DNA of 64,000 nucleotides from Bacteroidales bacterium (lineage in GTDB: Bacteria > Bacteroidota > Bacteroidia > Bacteroidales > WCHB1-69). Within the stretch, counting starts at the first letter, position 1. Every line of letters begins with the position of its first letter. The translations under genes and the position numbers were made by a program. Positions 62,926-64,000 of the stretch are shown here, in pieces. The stretch is taken from positions 3,776 to 67,775 of the forward strand of contig JBBRGJ010000001.1 in assembly GCA_038240835.1 (NCBI GenBank), in the 5' to 3' direction. The notes beneath the pieces were generated by a model. That model made no database searches. It saw nothing but the letters and a program-made list of their open reading frames with translations, and was not told where the DNA came from.

Positions 62926-63894
62926 ATGATGATTTTTAAAGATGATGTAGAAGCCGTAGACGCTTTTATTGAGAAATATAATAGGATTAGAAAAGAGGTG
63001 GCCACGGTCATTGTTGGTCAGGATGATGTAGTGAGAGATGTGCTTATTGCTATCTTTTGCAGAAGTCACGCCTTGTTAGTAGGTGTTCCCGGATTAGCAA
63101 AAACATTGATGGTGACCACCATTGCTAAAAGTATTGGTTTGTCGTTTAATCGAATTCAGTTTACGCCCGATTTAATGCCGAGTGATATTATGGGAACTGA
63201 AATTTTGGACGAAAGTCGTAAGTTGAAGTTTGTAAAAGGTCCGGTGTTTTCGAACATTGTACTTGCCGATGAAATCAACAGAACTCCGCCAAAAACACAA
63301 TCAGCGTTGTTGGAAGCTATGCAAGAGCGGACCGTTTCCATCGCTGGAACTTCGCACCAACTGCCCAATCCATTCTTTGTACTTGCTACACAAAACCCTA
63401 TTGAACAAGAGGGAACCTATACATTGCCCGAGGCTCAACTCGATCGATTTATGTTTAATATCAACTTAGATTATCCCTCTTTTGATCAGGAGTTGGAGAT
63501 TGTGAAAAGTACAATCACCCGAGATTTACCTGAACCTGCTTCGGTGATGTCGGTGGAAGAGATTTTGTTTTTTCAACAGTTAATGCAACGAATTCCAATT
63601 GTGGAGAATGTTTATCGATATGCTGTAAATATTTCTGTAAAATCTCGTCCAGAGACTGAAATGGCTCACCCTTATGCCAACCAATATCTTTCGTGGGGCG
63701 CAGGACCTCGTGCTTCGCAGAATCTGATTATGGCAGCTCGCTGTCATGCTTTGATTCAAGGGAAACATGCTCCAGATATTGAAGATGTTAGAGCCGTGGC
63801 TCCATCTATACTTCGACATCGATTGGTGAAAAACTATAAAGCCGAAGCCGATGGTGTTTCTGTAGAGAATATCATTGAAGCATTTTTGAAATAA
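62926..63894 (+). CDS. MoxR-family AAA+ ATPase
   Basis: Walker A GVPGLAKT and Walker B/sensor VLADEINRTPPKTQSALLEAMQE. Confidence 0.9.
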   Translation: MMIFKDDVEAVDAFIEKYNRIRKEVATVIVGQDDVVRDVLIAIFCRSHALLVGVPGLAKTLMVTTIAKSIGLSFNRIQFTPDLMPSDIMGTEILDESRKLKFVKGPVFSNIVLADEINRTPPKTQSALLEAMQERTVSIAGTSHQLPNPFFVLATQNPIEQEGTYTLPEAQLDRFMFNINLDYPSFDQELEIVKSTITRDLPEPASVMSVEEILFFQQLMQRIPIVENVYRYAVNISVKSRPETEMAHPYANQYLSWGAGPRASQNLIMAARCHALIQGKHAPDIEDVRAVAPSILRHRLVKNYKAEADGVSVENIIEAFLK

Positions 63895-64000
63895 GTAATT
63901 TTGGATTTTTCTTGATTTGAAAAACGGAATCTATTCCTTTAATAAAGAAGAATCTTACAATCATAAAAACGACATTAATAATCACTAATATCAATTTATA

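Overview
This is a 64-kb chromosomal segment of a low-GC Bacteroidota genome. The phylum call rests on a T9SS C-terminal sorting domain, a UpxY-type NusG paralog, TonB-dependent receptors, TAnnTTTG -7 promoter boxes and little use of Shine-Dalgarno sites. I support about 51 real CDSs and found no rRNA, tRNA, CRISPR array, transposase or integrase by eye. Gene content, left to right: (1) a tightly coupled four-gene operon of unknown function ending in a TonB-dependent receptor. (2) A WtpABC-type tungstate/molybdate importer followed by moeA-moaA-moaC and a MOSC-MogA fusion. (3) A DRGH-type nuclease, an S9 peptidase, two unknown secreted or membrane proteins, topB and an M14 peptidase. (4) A solitary AAA_14/DUF4143-type ATPase next to a 1.1-kb ORF-free repeat region. 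(5) An OM beta-barrel protein and a repeat-rich T9SS cargo protein. (6) A polysaccharide locus of about 20.4 kb on the minus strand (26933-47355). It has an export part (phosphoglycosyl transferase, Wzi-like, Wza, Wzc, OmpA-like). A UpxY-led synthesis part follows, with a six-gene legionaminic-acid-like nonulosonic-acid pathway, Wzx, a GT52-like transferase, Wzy, an acetyltransferase and two GT4 genes. (7) guaA, a LysM protein, yraN, ldcA, exbB-exbD-tonB, folC, guaB, three SurA/PpiC-type chaperone genes and moxR. The most unusual signal is non-coding. Nearly every intergenic spacer longer than about 200 bp (11 blocks, roughly 5 kb) is a mosaic of a small set of 10-30 nt sequence modules. These modules are reused in shuffled order and in both orientations, often as long imperfect hairpins. 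They generate stop-free ghost ORFs in several frames on both strands. I do not recognise this architecture as a named repeat family. All calls come from reading the sequence and ORF translations; no database search or computation was run.
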